From Promethearchaeota archaeon (GTDB taxonomy: Archaea; Asgardarchaeota; Lokiarchaeia; Sigyniarchaeales; Promethearchaeaceae), in assembly GCA_016933055.1 (NCBI GenBank), contig JAFGBS010000009.1, positions 210,001 through 242,000 on the forward strand: a stretch of 32,000 nucleotides of DNA. Direction: 5' to 3'. Under the pieces are notes generated by a model that saw only the letters and a list, made by a program, of their open reading frames with translations, did no database searches and was not told where the DNA came from. Position numbers and translations under genes: made by a program. Position 1 is the first letter of the stretch. Every line of letters starts with the position of its first letter. Shown piece after piece: positions 1 to 7,951 of the stretch.

Positions 1-33
1 AGTTTCCTCTGGTCTTTCTGTTATGCGCATCAT
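1..33 (-). CDS. Possible 5' end of a gene running off the left edge (MMRITERPEET...)
   Basis: Reverse complement of 1-33 reads ATG ATG CGC ATA ACA GAA AGA CCA GAG GAA ACT without a stop, preceded by an A-rich tract like the one before the 31391 ORF. Too short to assign a product. Confidence 0.3.
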   Translation of the reverse strand, partial: MMRITERPEET

Positions 34-156
34 TTTTTTTTCACTTTTGATTTTTTTTTTTTTTCATTATATGCTCAATGTCTGAAAAACATGAAATTCT
101 GTAGCATTTTCATGTACTATTTTTTTTTGTTTTTTTAATTCATTCTTTTTTAGAGA

Positions 157-2166
157 CTAGATAGGTTCCCCAAGATCATGGAGGAATCCTGCATCAAGTT
201 TTCGAAAAACTTCTCCGTATTTTGCACCAAAACTTGCTCCTATTTCACCATAATAGGCACGAACTAAGATATTGACTCGAATTGGATTGGGAATATCCTC
301 TTCTAATAGATCAACACGCAGATTATTAGCACGTGCTAATAGTTTTCGTTGATGGAACCAATTTTTCATAACAGTTTGGTGCTGAGAAACCGCATTAATT
401 TTCGTATCGATAACATCAGTAATATCCAAATGGAAATTTATCACTTGCGGGTTCAAATTTTCCGCAAATAGGTATCTCTCTCCGACAGTATGAATCTCTA
501 ATCCTTCTTTGAAATGGTGTCGATAATAGGAATCAAAACTAGCCTGCCAGCAGGCATCATTCACCACTCTTGCAGTGATGATGTGGTCGGGATTCTCCTC
601 ATACAGTGGTGCGACGTCAAAAGTTACTACCACATCCGGTTTATGGATGCGGATTAATTTCACGAAAATTTCACGAAGAATTTCATAATCGGCCGTATAT
701 AACGTATCGGAAGGATAGTCTAAGTGGATGGTTTTTTCAGCTCCCAAAATTGCATATGCTTTTTCCGCTTCTTTACGGTTTCTGTTAATTGTTTTTTCGG
801 GAGTAAGTCCTACCGAGTCTCCATAATCATCAGTTATTCGAACGCAAATGAGTTTATTTCCTTCATCCGTAAGTTTTGCGAGTAATCCTCCGGAAAATAT
901 GGTTATATCATCTGCATGTGGAGACACCGCCATAATGGTCTTGTATTTTAAGATATCCCTAATTGCTTCTTGAATTGCATCCGATGCAGCTAATCCCATC
1001 GATTCCATTTCATGTCCCACAAAGTTTTCCTTTGTTTCTGGTTTTAAAAACTGGACTGGGTCTAGATTCCATTCCTTTCGGGGAATAAAATATCCCACTG
1101 AATCATTTACGTGACTCATGATGATAAAATGGTGATCAGTGTATTTTTCTAACAATGGATTGATTAATCCTGGAAAAGGTTCTCCTGGAATAGTTAATAA
1201 ATGTAAATTTCCGATTCGAATCTTTCCAATAGAACTACGTATTACATTTTCTTTAACCATCCTTAAATTAAAGATACCTAAAGTGTTTAATAAAGAAAAA
1301 TCATCGTTTTCTAAAGGTAGATCAACATGACGCTCTCGAATTTCAATCTTATTCGATTCTATATTGCATAAATTTTTAGAAATTCGTTGCAGTCCAGCAA
1401 ATACTTCATTTGCCAAAATTTCCATTTTATCGTAGCCTTGTTCCACGTAAATAGGAGTTTGAGATCCACACAAACCTAAAGAAAATAGTGCAACTCCCCC
1501 CATTGATTGTTCAATTTTCATACTAACTAGTCCGGGATAATCTCCTGAGATCTGGACATTTTCTCGGGTAGTAATTTCAGGTTGAGCTGGGAAAGTCCAT
1601 AATGTGCCTATAATTTCGTCTCCTTCTTTAAATTGAATCAGGTTAAGAGTGTCTTCTACGAGATTCTCAAGCCGAAAATTTACAATTAATTCTTTAATCG
1701 ATTTTGAACCAAAATATATATCCACAGATCTTAGTGATTGCAATGTCTGTTCCACGCTTTGGATAATTTGATGGCGCAAGAATAGCATATATCGGGAATT
1801 GATTCCAGATTTTCCAATCAAGGGACCCCATAATCCCATAGTATCAGGACCTGCATGAGTATGCGTAGAGAACACGAAAATTCGCGACTTTTTAAGTCCC
1901 AAACCTACAAGATCCGCTTTTACTAAGGAAATAAAATCTTGAAGCAATCCTACGCACTCTACGGAAATTAAAACAATCCGTTCTTTATCATCATCTAACA
2001 CTAAAGAGCGTACATATATTGGATCATGCAACCCCTCTACCAAAGGTGCTTCCATCGTTGCATATCCCGCAATGTACATATTTCCAAATTCCTCTCTTGG
2101 AGTAATTTCCACCTTGTAAGTACCGCATTTCATGATATTTTTCACTGAACGATGATTATTATACAA
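157..2166 (-). CDS. Fusion: neutral/alkaline ceramidase-like amidohydrolase (N-term) + PIG-L/LmbE family deacetylase (C-term)
   Basis: N-term GYA...GLHDPIYVRSLVL and STHTHAGP are ceramidase N-domain motifs. From about residue 410, MAVSPHADD and NPDH are PIG-L Zn-deacetylase motifs. The start could instead be the ATG at 2133 (MKCGTY). Confidence 0.8.
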   Translation of the reverse strand: MYNNHRSVKNIMKCGTYKVEITPREEFGNMYIAGYATMEAPLVEGLHDPIYVRSLVLDDDKERIVLISVECVGLLQDFISLVKADLVGLGLKKSRIFVFSTHTHAGPDTMGLWGPLIGKSGINSRYMLFLRHQIIQSVEQTLQSLRSVDIYFGSKSIKELIVNFRLENLVEDTLNLIQFKEGDEIIGTLWTFPAQPEITTRENVQISGDYPGLVSMKIEQSMGGVALFSLGLCGSQTPIYVEQGYDKMEILANEVFAGLQRISKNLCNIESNKIEIRERHVDLPLENDDFSLLNTLGIFNLRMVKENVIRSSIGKIRIGNLHLLTIPGEPFPGLINPLLEKYTDHHFIIMSHVNDSVGYFIPRKEWNLDPVQFLKPETKENFVGHEMESMGLAASDAIQEAIRDILKYKTIMAVSPHADDITIFSGGLLAKLTDEGNKLICVRITDDYGDSVGLTPEKTINRNRKEAEKAYAILGAEKTIHLDYPSDTLYTADYEILREIFVKLIRIHKPDVVVTFDVAPLYEENPDHIITARVVNDACWQASFDSYYRHHFKEGLEIHTVGERYLFAENLNPQVINFHLDITDVIDTKINAVSQHQTVMKNWFHQRKLLARANNLRVDLLEEDIPNPIRVNILVRAYYGEIGASFGAKYGEVFRKLDAGFLHDLGEPI

Positions 2167-2246
2167 TCGCTACTAAATTATAAAAAAATTCTCTAATAAG
2201 AGTATTAAAAGACTAGAATAGAAATCTACATGAAGAGAAGATATCA

Positions 2247-3269
2247 ATGCCCAGTACGATCAAATTTGGTCAGAATCTTGCCGTAGATGTAATGAATGAT
2301 GCAGGTTCTTATGTTTTAGTTACCCAAACCCCCCCGTTTACCTCTGTGCTTAAATCCAAACTATCCAATTTTCCCGCATATACCCTATTTCCGAAAAAAA
2401 TGGATATTCACTACCAAGAAGAACTCGCTCAAAAGAAATCAAGCAAGCAAACCATTGGATATGTTATAGGATTCGGAGGAGGTGTTGCGATTGATACAGC
2501 AAAATATCTTTCTTGGAAATGGAACCTTCCCTTAATCCAAATTCCCTCGATAATTTCAACAGATGCGTTTTTAACCCATGAAATCGGAGTACGAGTCGAA
2601 AATAAGGTGAGGTATATCGGGAAAGTTGTTCCTGAACAGCTGATAATTGATTATGAAATTATCAAATCCGCTCCAAAAGTTTTGAATTATGCGGGAACAT
2701 GTGATGTGCTTTCGATCTGCACAGCTTTAGGAGATTGGAAAATAGCTCATGAACAATTTGGTGACCCTATGGATGTCTCTATCTTTAGAAGTGCACGGGA
2801 TTGTGCCCAACGTTTGCTTGATGATGCATTCATAATAAAAGAGATGCAAGAAGAAGGAATCCGAAAATTAGTAGGATATTTACAAGAAGAAATACAAATT
2901 TGTGAAAAATGGGGCTCATCAAGACCCGAGGAGGGGGGGGAACACCATTTGGCTTACTGTATTGAAGAATTAAGTCCAAAAAGATATTTACATGGTGCTT
3001 TAGTAGCTTTAAATATCTTAACGGTGTTACGACTTCAAGAGGATTATGCAGAATTTCAACCTGCTGAATTAAAACATTTCTTTGATATAATAGGGCACAG
3101 TTACACTTTTTCACAAATAGGAGTTACTTCCGATATTTACAGAAAAGCACTCGATTCTATCATGTTCTACGTGCGGAGAGAAAAATTGGAAAAAGGAATC
3201 TGGTATACTGAAGATCCCTTTTTGCGATATTCCATTGCTGAAATAATAGATTGGATTTCTAAATTCTAA
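2247..3269 (+). CDS. Glycerol-1-phosphate dehydrogenase-like protein (EgsA/AraM-like; dehydroquinate synthase-like/Fe-ADH superfamily)
   Basis: GFGGGVAIDTAKY NAD-binding motif; metal-ligand motifs CDVLS, SRPEEGGEHH and LHGALV parallel EgsA GD(L)xS, SRPxSGxEH and HG. Substrate specificity uncertain. Confidence 0.7.
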   Translation: MPSTIKFGQNLAVDVMNDAGSYVLVTQTPPFTSVLKSKLSNFPAYTLFPKKMDIHYQEELAQKKSSKQTIGYVIGFGGGVAIDTAKYLSWKWNLPLIQIPSIISTDAFLTHEIGVRVENKVRYIGKVVPEQLIIDYEIIKSAPKVLNYAGTCDVLSICTALGDWKIAHEQFGDPMDVSIFRSARDCAQRLLDDAFIIKEMQEEGIRKLVGYLQEEIQICEKWGSSRPEEGGEHHLAYCIEELSPKRYLHGALVALNILTVLRLQEDYAEFQPAELKHFFDIIGHSYTFSQIGVTSDIYRKALDSIMFYVRREKLEKGIWYTEDPFLRYSIAEIIDWISKF

Positions 3270-3410
3270 TTGATGAAGAAAGTCCATCTGTAATATTTCT
3301 AATTTCTTTCACTTTAAAAGAAAGAACTGGACCTTATAACAAAAATTTATTATCTCTAAACGGGATAAATGGATCATTGAAATTATTCGAAAAACACATA
3401 GAAACGGAAG

Positions 3411-4730
3411 TTGAGTGAAAAATTGATACAGACAACTCTCAGTATTTGGGATCTCGGTGGGCAAGAAAGATTCGATTCCTTCAAGGAGAGCTATATGCGG
3501 GGTACTGCAGCTATAGTATTGGTATTCGACTTAGTCAATTTCGATTCTTTCAGCAAATTGGATTCTTATTTAGAAACAGCGAGGAATGGTGCAGGTAATG
3601 TACCTATTTTGCTCGTTGGCAATAAATCTGATTTAGAAACTGAGGAAGAATTAGGACAAGTGATCCATCAAAATGAGATTGATGATTGGATGCGCCTTCA
3701 CCAGATCACTGATTTTATGAAAACCTCCGCTAAAACTGGGGAAAATGTAAGAAAAATGTTCACAAAAGTCACTATCATGTCATTAGTTGATATAGATGAA
3801 AATCCCCGTATGGGTGAAGTTCGTGATGGAGGTTTCTTATTCAAAATAGTCGTGATTGGTGCCGCAGGGGTCGGTAAAACATCGTTAGTACATCGATTCA
3901 CTGAGAATGTCTTTCTCCAAGATTATAAGCTCACAGTTGGTGTGGATTTTATTGTGAAGAATTTAGAGATTGATGAGGATCTCCTTCCAACAGATGTATT
4001 ACAAAATCTAAAAACCTATATGGAAGAAAAAGAACCAAAACAACCTATTAAACCAATAACTCCTCCCGATGCAGAAAAACCGATAAAGCCCGAACCTTTT
4101 GCAATCGCATCCACTCAAAAAATAGAAAAACCTCTACCCAAACCTGCACCTAAAAAAGAACCTACGTTGATTCATCCCCCAAAAGAAGTTCCTCCGGAAA
4201 AAGTAATCAGTGTAATTTATAATAAGCAAATGATTTTGAATTCTCGCAATAAATTCATCCTTCAAATTCAGAGTGAACATTTTTTCACTGATCCTTACGT
4301 TGAAATTACAATTAAGCCGGAATTTCCAGGGTGTATTGTCACTCCCAATGAAATCATATTGGATCAAGCGAAACCTGAAGAACAAATAGAATTTAATATT
4401 ACTCCGATGAGTGTAGGGGATTTAGAGGATGCAAGCATGAAGATATTACATGATCAAAAACAAAGATATACATTTCACACTCCAAGTAAAGTAGTATCTC
4501 AAGTTAGTAGTTGGATTCTTATAGGGATATGCTTAGCGTTTTTATTACTAGGTCCACTTTTTGGTGAGACTTTCTTTAGTGGTTATTCTATAGGTCCTCT
4601 ATCAATAACCCTCATAAGCCTTATCCTAGCAGCAGTATTGTTGGTTTTTGGATTAATCTCATACTTTTCTAAGAAGCAAAAACATACTGATCATGCGGAT
4701 TTTACCATAAAAGATGGTAATAATGATTAG
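3411..4730 (+). CDS. Circularly permuted Rab-like small GTPase (G3-G4-G5-G1-G2) with Pro-rich linker, beta-rich domain and two C-terminal TM helices
   Basis: WDLGGQERF (G3, D at 3450), GNKSD (G4, N at 3621), TSAK (G5, 3723-3734), GAAGVGKT (G1, 3858-3881), TVGVDF (G2, T at 3933). TTG start with an in-frame TAG at 3399-3401. Hydrophobic helices at about 4512-4565 and 4590-4667. Confidence 0.85.
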   Translation: MSEKLIQTTLSIWDLGGQERFDSFKESYMRGTAAIVLVFDLVNFDSFSKLDSYLETARNGAGNVPILLVGNKSDLETEEELGQVIHQNEIDDWMRLHQITDFMKTSAKTGENVRKMFTKVTIMSLVDIDENPRMGEVRDGGFLFKIVVIGAAGVGKTSLVHRFTENVFLQDYKLTVGVDFIVKNLEIDEDLLPTDVLQNLKTYMEEKEPKQPIKPITPPDAEKPIKPEPFAIASTQKIEKPLPKPAPKKEPTLIHPPKEVPPEKVISVIYNKQMILNSRNKFILQIQSEHFFTDPYVEITIKPEFPGCIVTPNEIILDQAKPEEQIEFNITPMSVGDLEDASMKILHDQKQRYTFHTPSKVVSQVSSWILIGICLAFLLLGPLFGETFFSGYSIGPLSITLISLILAAVLLVFGLISYFSKKQKHTDHADFTIKDGNND

Positions 4731-4757
4731 AATTCACTGTTTTCCTATTTCTTTTAT

Positions 4758-6650
4758 TTAATATTCCATAGATTTTATACGTTCAGCGATAATCTGCGCG
4801 GACGTATCATCATACATAATTTTATACAAATGTTGTGCTTTTTGGAAATTTTCCAGTGCAGAATTGGTTTCATTGCGATCGATGTGAATTTCTGCAGACT
4901 TTACCAATAAATCTGCTTGTTTTCTTCGAAAATTTTCTTCTTGATAAATCACAAGAGACTTAGCATAATGCTCTAAAGCCTTATCTAATTGATCTAGGTT
5001 TTCTGCATATATATTTCCTAATTTTTCGTATATGTCTCCCTCTGCTTCTTTTTCTCCAAATTTTTCATAAATTTCCTGGGCTAATTGATAATATTCCAAA
5101 CATAATCCGAATTTCTCTTTCACGAGATATAGATCTCCAAGATGGTGGTAAAAAAAAGCTTCCTTTTGTTCAAACTGTAAAGTTCTAACCAGATTTAATC
5201 CTTCCACAAGAATATTCTCTGCGATCTCCAATGAATTTTCTTTCAGATAAATGATAGATAGTAATTCATAATCTTCGATGCATTCCCGGTAGAATTCATT
5301 CCTTTTTTTTATTGCAAGTGCCAAGTTACTATACTTCTTTGCTAAATGATAATACGCTTGCCCTTGTTCAAAATATAACCTCCCAAATTTAGAAAATACC
5401 ATTGCCAAGCCAAACTCATTTTGGGTTTCTTGGAAGAATACGGCATTTTTTTGCAAAATAGCATACGCACGAGCATAATTTTGCAATTTAAGATACACAT
5501 CTGCAATATTATTAAAGATTGAGACTTGATCGACTATATCAGTGGATTCTTCATAAGCTTTTTTATATTTCCGTAAAGCAGTATCAAAGTTATTGAGTTT
5601 GAAGTAGATATTTCCTATATTATTCAAAACTCGAATACGTCGTCGATTATCATGAGTTTTTTCCAAAATTCCATAGGCATCATCAAAATAATTAAGCGCT
5701 GTGTAAAAATTACCCCTATCCTCATAAAACAAACCTAGTTCATTCTTGACTATCGCAAGACCGGTTCTTGAATTTTCATTCTCCTCAGTGCTAAACTCTT
5801 CTTCTGCTGATTCTAAGTATCTAAGAATTTCAGATTCATTACCCATCTGAGATAGCAATCGGTTCGCCAATTGCAATTTTAAATAAGCAGTATTCTTACC
5901 CAACTGACAGGCTAATTCAATATCACTACGGAGTTTCTGGATCTCAAAATCTTGATCGATAATAGAGAGTTCATATTCATCATATTCTAAGGGAGTCGAT
6001 TCCAAGAATTTTGATTCAAATCCAGGATTCATCATTTCAGTTTCCTTACCTGAATCCATGGGAATGGGAGGATCTTGATAGCTTTTTTCCAGAACTGCAC
6101 CATCAGGGGTAATCTTTCCTGATGATTGATATAATTCAGACAGAGCTACTAAAGAACGAGCAAAATAGAATTTATCTTCATCTTCTGGATGAGAAATGGT
6201 GTAGGGTACATTTTTTATATTCTCCCCATCAGTTTGAAACACTAGAAAACCGTTATTAAATTGCTCAACGCGTGTAAAATCAAATATAATACATAATGCA
6301 CCAAATTCAAATGTTGATAAACTTTTTACATCTTGTTCTGATAATTTCCCTCCACTTCGTGGAAAACCATGAAAAAATCCACAGATAAACGAATTCTTTC
6401 CATATACATTTATATCTATTGTGCAGAAAGATTTAGTGATTTTTTTCTCGTTGGGGGTTCCTGTATTATGGGGTATAAAATTTCTAACTTCCACTTGTCC
6501 ATCCTTGGCAATCTCACCAATACAAAATCCATACGTATGTTGGATATCCCCTGGATCCATTAAACGATTAGCATATTTTCCTGAAAATAGTATCATGTCT
6601 CGAAAACATTTCGAGGATATTTTGACCATAGGAGTTATCAACACTATCAA
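4758..6650 (-). CDS. MPN/JAB-like domain (degenerate JAMM) fused to a long TPR array
   Basis: N-term YGFCIG...GFFHGFPRSGGKLSEQD...LCIIFD matches the MPN layout (GWYHSHP...SxxD). C-term about 380 aa of TPR-like repeats (NELGLFYEDRGNFYTALNYF, NNIGNIYFKLNNFDTALRKY, EKLGNIYAENLDQLDKALEHY). The start may be the ATG at 6629. Confidence 0.75.
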   Translation of the reverse strand: MIVLITPMVKISSKCFRDMILFSGKYANRLMDPGDIQHTYGFCIGEIAKDGQVEVRNFIPHNTGTPNEKKITKSFCTIDINVYGKNSFICGFFHGFPRSGGKLSEQDVKSLSTFEFGALCIIFDFTRVEQFNNGFLVFQTDGENIKNVPYTISHPEDEDKFYFARSLVALSELYQSSGKITPDGAVLEKSYQDPPIPMDSGKETEMMNPGFESKFLESTPLEYDEYELSIIDQDFEIQKLRSDIELACQLGKNTAYLKLQLANRLLSQMGNESEILRYLESAEEEFSTEENENSRTGLAIVKNELGLFYEDRGNFYTALNYFDDAYGILEKTHDNRRRIRVLNNIGNIYFKLNNFDTALRKYKKAYEESTDIVDQVSIFNNIADVYLKLQNYARAYAILQKNAVFFQETQNEFGLAMVFSKFGRLYFEQGQAYYHLAKKYSNLALAIKKRNEFYRECIEDYELLSIIYLKENSLEIAENILVEGLNLVRTLQFEQKEAFFYHHLGDLYLVKEKFGLCLEYYQLAQEIYEKFGEKEAEGDIYEKLGNIYAENLDQLDKALEHYAKSLVIYQEENFRRKQADLLVKSAEIHIDRNETNSALENFQKAQHLYKIMYDDTSAQIIAERIKSMEY

Positions 6651-6683
6651 CTAAAATAGAAAAGAAAAACCCCCCCTTTATTT

Positions 6684-7841
6684 TTATTCCAGAAAGGGAT
6701 CTAAATTGTATGAGCGCAATCTCGATTTAGATCTAGTCAATTTGGTTAATATTCCCTCATAATTTCTTGTTTGAGATTGAGTTTGATAATTTTTCACGTA
6801 ATAATTCTCAATTTGACTATGCATCCATTTACTTAGCAATCTCTCTAAATTTACAACATCAAAAAAGTTATGCTCAAGAATTTTATATATAGCTCCCATA
6901 TAAGAACGGGTGTCTTCTATATATAATTTATAGGCCAAGGGTACTTCAGAACTCGGTAAATTCTCTACTCGCTTAAAATCTAATAAAAACTGTTCTACAG
7001 TGGTCAATCGGTAATTTGGAAAGAAATTTTTAAAATCTCGACGAAACGCATAATATAAATCAAAATGAATAAATTGATCAAAAAGTTGTTTAGCAAACCC
7101 ATATGCACCTATTGTATTTTGTATAGGATCCGAACGAACTATCTGCTTGAACGTGTCCTCAAGATCGTCAGGTTCAAATAGGACTGAAACTCGATTCTGT
7201 AAAAAGGGAATATCAAAGGAACGTCCATTATAAGTTACAAACATTTTGTATCGAGGTAGCTGTTTCAAAAAATAAGACAATACTGCTACCTCCTCAGAAA
7301 TTTCTCGAGCAAATAACAACTCTGTGCGAAATCGGGAAGTTTCTGAACAATAATACCCAATTCCAATAAGAAATACTTCTGATGTTGCTCGCCCTGTAGT
7401 TTCGATATCAAGAAATAACATATCTTGATCATTTACACAAAATAGATAATCTTCATCATGAGTTTTTTTCAACATACGGAGTTTATGGATATCTTTACTG
7501 GAAATTGTACCTAAAATTTCAGAAATCTGACAAGAATATTTTGCATATAATCCTAGTAGGTCAGACATATCACTCATACTGCGCTTATTAAATTCTAAGG
7601 ATTTTTTTTCTCCGATCCCGGGAATTAACTGAAATTCGGATCTCAAAATCCTTTCAAATATACCTAATTCTTCTTTTGTAATTGATTGTATCTGAAAATC
7701 TTCAATTGAAAACGGATTTATTATTTTAAGAAATTCCCCGAATTCATTTTCGACAATTTCACACTCTCCAAATAGCTCCTCGAAATTTTTATTTTTATAC
7801 TTTTCAAGAGTCTTATTGGAAATTTGAAATGTCATACACAC
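6684..7841 (-). CDS. YprB/MrfB-like RNase H-like (DEDDh) 3'-5' exonuclease
   Basis: LFLDIETTG (Exo I), VTYNGRSFDIPFL (Exo II), HFDLY, ILEHNFFDV (Exo III), and a helix-hairpin-helix-like IPGIGEKK. Confidence 0.85.
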   Translation of the reverse strand: MCMTFQISNKTLEKYKNKNFEELFGECEIVENEFGEFLKIINPFSIEDFQIQSITKEELGIFERILRSEFQLIPGIGEKKSLEFNKRSMSDMSDLLGLYAKYSCQISEILGTISSKDIHKLRMLKKTHDEDYLFCVNDQDMLFLDIETTGRATSEVFLIGIGYYCSETSRFRTELLFAREISEEVAVLSYFLKQLPRYKMFVTYNGRSFDIPFLQNRVSVLFEPDDLEDTFKQIVRSDPIQNTIGAYGFAKQLFDQFIHFDLYYAFRRDFKNFFPNYRLTTVEQFLLDFKRVENLPSSEVPLAYKLYIEDTRSYMGAIYKILEHNFFDVVNLERLLSKWMHSQIENYYVKNYQTQSQTRNYEGILTKLTRSKSRLRSYNLDPFLE

Positions 7842-7951
7842 TCTAACATAATGTACCCTATAAAAGACATATATTACACCGTAAAAGTGAATCTTTATTT
7901 ACACACTCTTAGATAATCAAAGTTATAATCCGACAGATCGAGTAATCTACA

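Noticed and set aside
3270-3410. A frameshifted N-terminal G1/G2 half upstream of the permuted GTPase
   Set aside because: The gap is about 140 nt, AT-rich, and I find no GxxxxGK(S/T)-coding sequence in it.
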